From positions 1 to 51,265 of IMG/VR virus record IMGVR_UViG_3300019761_000008: DNA of 51,265 bases; one strand, given 5' to 3'. Every line of letters begins with the position of its first letter. Within the stretch, counting starts at the first letter, position 1. This DNA is from a virus. Taxonomy: Duplodnaviria; Caudoviricetes. Shown piece by piece: positions 48,066-51,265 of this stretch. The notes below the pieces were generated by a model. It was not told the DNA's origin. It did no database searches and saw only the letters and a list, made by a program, of their open reading frames with translations. The translations under genes and the position numbers were made by a program.

Positions 48066-48175
48066 CCCCACTCCGTAACGAGTATAAACTACTCCTTTTA
48101 ATCTAATCTTTTCCTCCTCTCAGCCCACCTCCTTTTTAGGGCTGACGGTCCGACAGAGCCGTAATCTGTCTTTAT

Positions 48176-48251
48176 GCCCTCATAGTTTAGCCGGATAAAA
48201 TCGATTCATGCGACGGATCAGCTGTAAGTTCAAGTCTTACTGAGGGCTCCA
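48176..48251 (+). tRNA. tRNA-Arg(GCG)
   Basis: Acceptor GCCCTCA/TGAGGGC, T discriminator, encoded CCA; D loop with GGA (A20 Arg identity element); GATTC-ATGCGAC-GGATC anticodon arm; T arm GTAAG-TTCAAGT-CTTAC. Confidence 0.75.
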
Positions 48252-49020
48252 TTTATTCTTACTACATATCTAAGTAGTAAACTACTATTTATATATTAAG
48301 TAAGGAACTAACATGATAACAATCCTAATCAACAACCAATCAACGCAAATCGGCTCTGAGTTACCTGACGTAGTCAACCAACTCGAAGTACGTATCAGCC
48401 CACTTGGACTACTTCAAGTACCTAAGCTACAGACTCCAGCTATCAAGCAGTGGATCAAGCTACTAATCTCACGACTTGAGTGTGACTATGTTATGTACAA
48501 CGGAACTCTTATCCCTGTATCTGAACTAAAGGAGAAGCTATGACATGTATTTTATTAATTATATGGTTCGGCATAAACCTTCTAGTACTAATAACTATAT
48601 GCGCCTCTAGTGGTTATGACGGGTATGCCGATCCGGAGTCCGGTATGACACTACCTGAGTACAGAGCATGGTACTGGACTAGGAATCCTGACTACACTTG
48701 GTTAGCTAACGTGTTAATCCTAGTTGCTTTATTTCCATCAATGCTAATCTCTTTAGTATTATCTGGCATCAAAGCCGTATTCTCATTCTTGTTCATCAGG
48801 AAGAAGCTATGAGTCAGCCACTATACGAAGACTACTATTTCGCTATGAGTAAGGACTATCACGAACTCGAGCGAGATATAAACCAAAAACTGGCTTTGGG
48901 CTACGTGCCATGTGGTGGTATCTGTGTAGTATCTCACAAAGACTCAGCTGGATACGCTCAAGCTGTTGCCAAGCCTATCTCCCCTACAGCACAACTACAA
49001 CAAGAACTAAAGGAACAACA

Positions 49021-50094
49021 ATGAAACCTAACTTTAACATCACATTCGGTGACTACACTGTACTACGATTTCCATCAGGGGAATTGCAAGTTACTTATAA
49101 CAACAAAATAGGTAGGCACTTAGTAAATAGCTGTGTAACAATCCGTGGATCTGTTACTTCATCTGATCACATTATCGAACTACTTCAGCTAGTCGAAGCT
49201 ATCAAGCACTCTATGCCGACTGTACGTATCAAGCTAATCATGCCTTACTGTGCATTTAGTCGTCAAGACAGACGTTGTAACGACGGTGAATCATTCAGCT
49301 TGAAGGTATTCACTAACTTGCTCAATTCCTGTAGCTTCCAGTCAGTTGTTACATACGACAACTACTCTGACGTATCTACTGCTCTTATTGATAACTGCTA
49401 CAACAAGTCAGCAGCTGACATCTTAGGTAACTACGCTGTTGACCTTGACTTACTTTCTCCTACTAACGCTCTATCTGCTAAGTACGACTACTTCGTATCT
49501 CCTGACGCAGGTGCCAACAAGAAAGTACAATCATGCTCACAACGATTCGGTGTACCGATGATCCGAGCTGACAAGCAACGTGACTTAGCTACTGGTAAAA
49601 TACTAGCTACTAACGTGTTTGTTGATCCCGGACAACTGAGCAACGTTTCAGATATTATAAAAGTCAATACACTCCCTACTGCCATTAATGAAGGCGGGGA
49701 GTCGACTATAAGGTATGGAAGAAAGTATTTGTATCAAAATAGTTTTTATATACCTGAAGCAGGTACCGGAAAAGATGCAGGCAAGACTATCTGGCAACCA
49801 TACTCCGCAACCACAAAAGAGTTATCATCCATAAACGGAAAGACTGTACTCATCATTGATGATCTAGCCCAAGGTGGACGTACTTTCGTTGAACTTGCTA
49901 AAGCTCTCAAATATGAGGAATCTAACGTGGAAATCCACCTATTTGTAACTCACGGATTCTTCAGCAATGGTTTACACGACTTAATCCAAGCTGGTATTAC
50001 TAAGTTCATCACTACTGACTCTGTAGTTGACCAATCTCACCCTGCAATGAAAGACTACATAGCTGCAGGCATACTTGAAGTAATCGAGCTGTAA
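49021..50094 (+). CDS. prs: Ribose-phosphate pyrophosphokinase-like (Prs/Adps) with 65-aa insertion
   Basis: RFPSGE, MPYCAFSRQDR, VSPDAGA, VLIIDDLAQGGRTF, VTHGFFS. Likely start 49021. Confidence 0.88.
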   Translation: MKPNFNITFGDYTVLRFPSGELQVTYNNKIGRHLVNSCVTIRGSVTSSDHIIELLQLVEAIKHSMPTVRIKLIMPYCAFSRQDRRCNDGESFSLKVFTNLLNSCSFQSVVTYDNYSDVSTALIDNCYNKSAADILGNYAVDLDLLSPTNALSAKYDYFVSPDAGANKKVQSCSQRFGVPMIRADKQRDLATGKILATNVFVDPGQLSNVSDIIKVNTLPTAINEGGESTIRYGRKYLYQNSFYIPEAGTGKDAGKTIWQPYSATTKELSSINGKTVLIIDDLAQGGRTFVELAKALKYEESNVEIHLFVTHGFFSNGLHDLIQAGITKFITTDSVVDQSHPAMKDYIAAGILEVIEL

Positions 50095-50320
50095 CATGCT
50101 TATCATACCACCTAAAGGAGTATCTGGTCCTGCTATCAGTACCAGTAGTATAAAGCACATCCATTTAAGCTCCAGTTACCTGACCTTTAGTCTGGAGGTG
50201 GGTTTATGTTACTGGCAAGCCTACCCTTCAGACACCAACATGGAAGAGGAATTTCACAGAGTCTGCAATGAAGTAAACTCACTTCTCACCAAACCAACAA
50301 TCCAACTATAAGGAGCATTC

Positions 50321-50770
50321 ATGACAATACCGGACTTTAATAAATATGGTGTACTAGGTTGCCTAAATTTTGTAGCTAAGGATAAACCTGTGCTTCATAA
50401 AAACCGTATGCATACCACAACAGAAAATACTGACACCAAAAAACTAAGAGAATTTATACACAGAAATCTATCAAATCTATTTAACGACAGGCTGACTAAA
50501 CTGACGTCAGATGTTATAGACGAGAAACTAAAGCTTATGTCGTACAGTAATACTAGGGTGGATATTCACAGACGAACACCTCAACCAGATATTAGCACTA
50601 AGTACACAACTATAGATGATGCTACTGCGCTAGTTATGGAAGAGACCGCTAAGGTACTTCTACCTGCCGTAACTACAGAGCAGCTGCTATCTGAACTTGG
50701 AACTAGGGCTAAGCATGTACTTACAAACAATAAGATCTTTAAGGAAATAATATGCTACATAAAGAAGTAA
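50321..50770 (+). CDS. Hypothetical protein
   Basis: AAGGAG RBS. Confidence 0.55.
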   Translation: MTIPDFNKYGVLGCLNFVAKDKPVLHKNRMHTTTENTDTKKLREFIHRNLSNLFNDRLTKLTSDVIDEKLKLMSYSNTRVDIHRRTPQPDISTKYTTIDDATALVMEETAKVLLPAVTTEQLLSELGTRAKHVLTNNKIFKEIICYIKK

Positions 50771-50983
50771 CATCCGCCAGTATAGGTAAAACTGCATGTA
50801 CGAAGTAGAGTATAGCTGCTATAGCTGTGAGCGCTTCATGCCTAATACGTATAATAGTATATTAACAGGTTATAATATCGAAGATATACCTAAAGCACTA
50901 GCTGACCGTCACGGTAAATCCTATGAAATAGCCATCATGTCAATCAAACAAGTAAACCAAACACTAATTCTAAAGGAGCGTTC

Positions 50984-51112
50984 ATGACACCTCAAACACT
51001 GATATTCGGAGATGTCCACGGACAACTTCCAGAACTGAAGGAACTAATCTCACTTGCTCCTGAAGGAACCACTTTCATCTCCACAGGTGATCTAATCGAC
51101 GCCCTATTTTAA
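50984..51112 (+). CDS. Metallophosphoesterase N-terminus, truncated
   Basis: IFGDVHG and TGDLID motifs, then an abrupt stop where RG is expected. Confidence 0.7.
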   Translation: MTPQTLIFGDVHGQLPELKELISLAPEGTTFISTGDLIDALF

Positions 51113-51162
51113 TCTGCTATTAGATGATGTGGCTTCTTTAGGACAAGCAGTAGATATGCTAG

Positions 51163-51265
<103 letters not shown>

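Noticed and set aside
48070-48094. Pistol ribozyme or preQ1-I-like motif (ACTC-CGTAAC-GAGT-ATAAAC)
   Set aside because: Only the first stem and A-rich linker resemble them. The remaining conserved elements are absent and an alternative hairpin competes.

Overview
About 51 kb of an N4-like podophage genome (Schitoviridae-type), probably infecting a Campylobacterota host. The window spans the junction of the two genome ends. Minus strand, 1-25.5 kb, is the late morphogenesis module: N4-gp56-like major capsid protein (truncated by the window edge), scaffold, a portal protein carrying a class 3 intein, lysis genes, about 10 fibre/receptor-binding genes (one apparently split by an HNH gene), gp67, large and small terminase and several homing endonucleases. 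It is driven by repeated TTAAG-N11-TATAAT promoters. Plus strand, 25.7-51.2 kb, is the early/middle region: three N4-vRNAP-type hairpin promoters, a divergent single-chain T7/N4-RNAPII-like polymerase with altered active-site motifs, many small hypothetical genes, an HD hydrolase, a SleB-like hydrolase, an AAA ATPase and a Prs-like enzyme. The most unusual element is a cluster of 8-9 tRNA-like RNAs (36.1-37.4 kb) that keep the acceptor stem, D arm and T arm but have remodelled, enlarged or missing anticodon arms. There are also further structured non-coding blocks and one near-canonical tRNA-Arg(GCG). The window ends in a probably artefactual junction and poly-A run. All assignments come from manual motif reading and base-pairing; no database searches were run.
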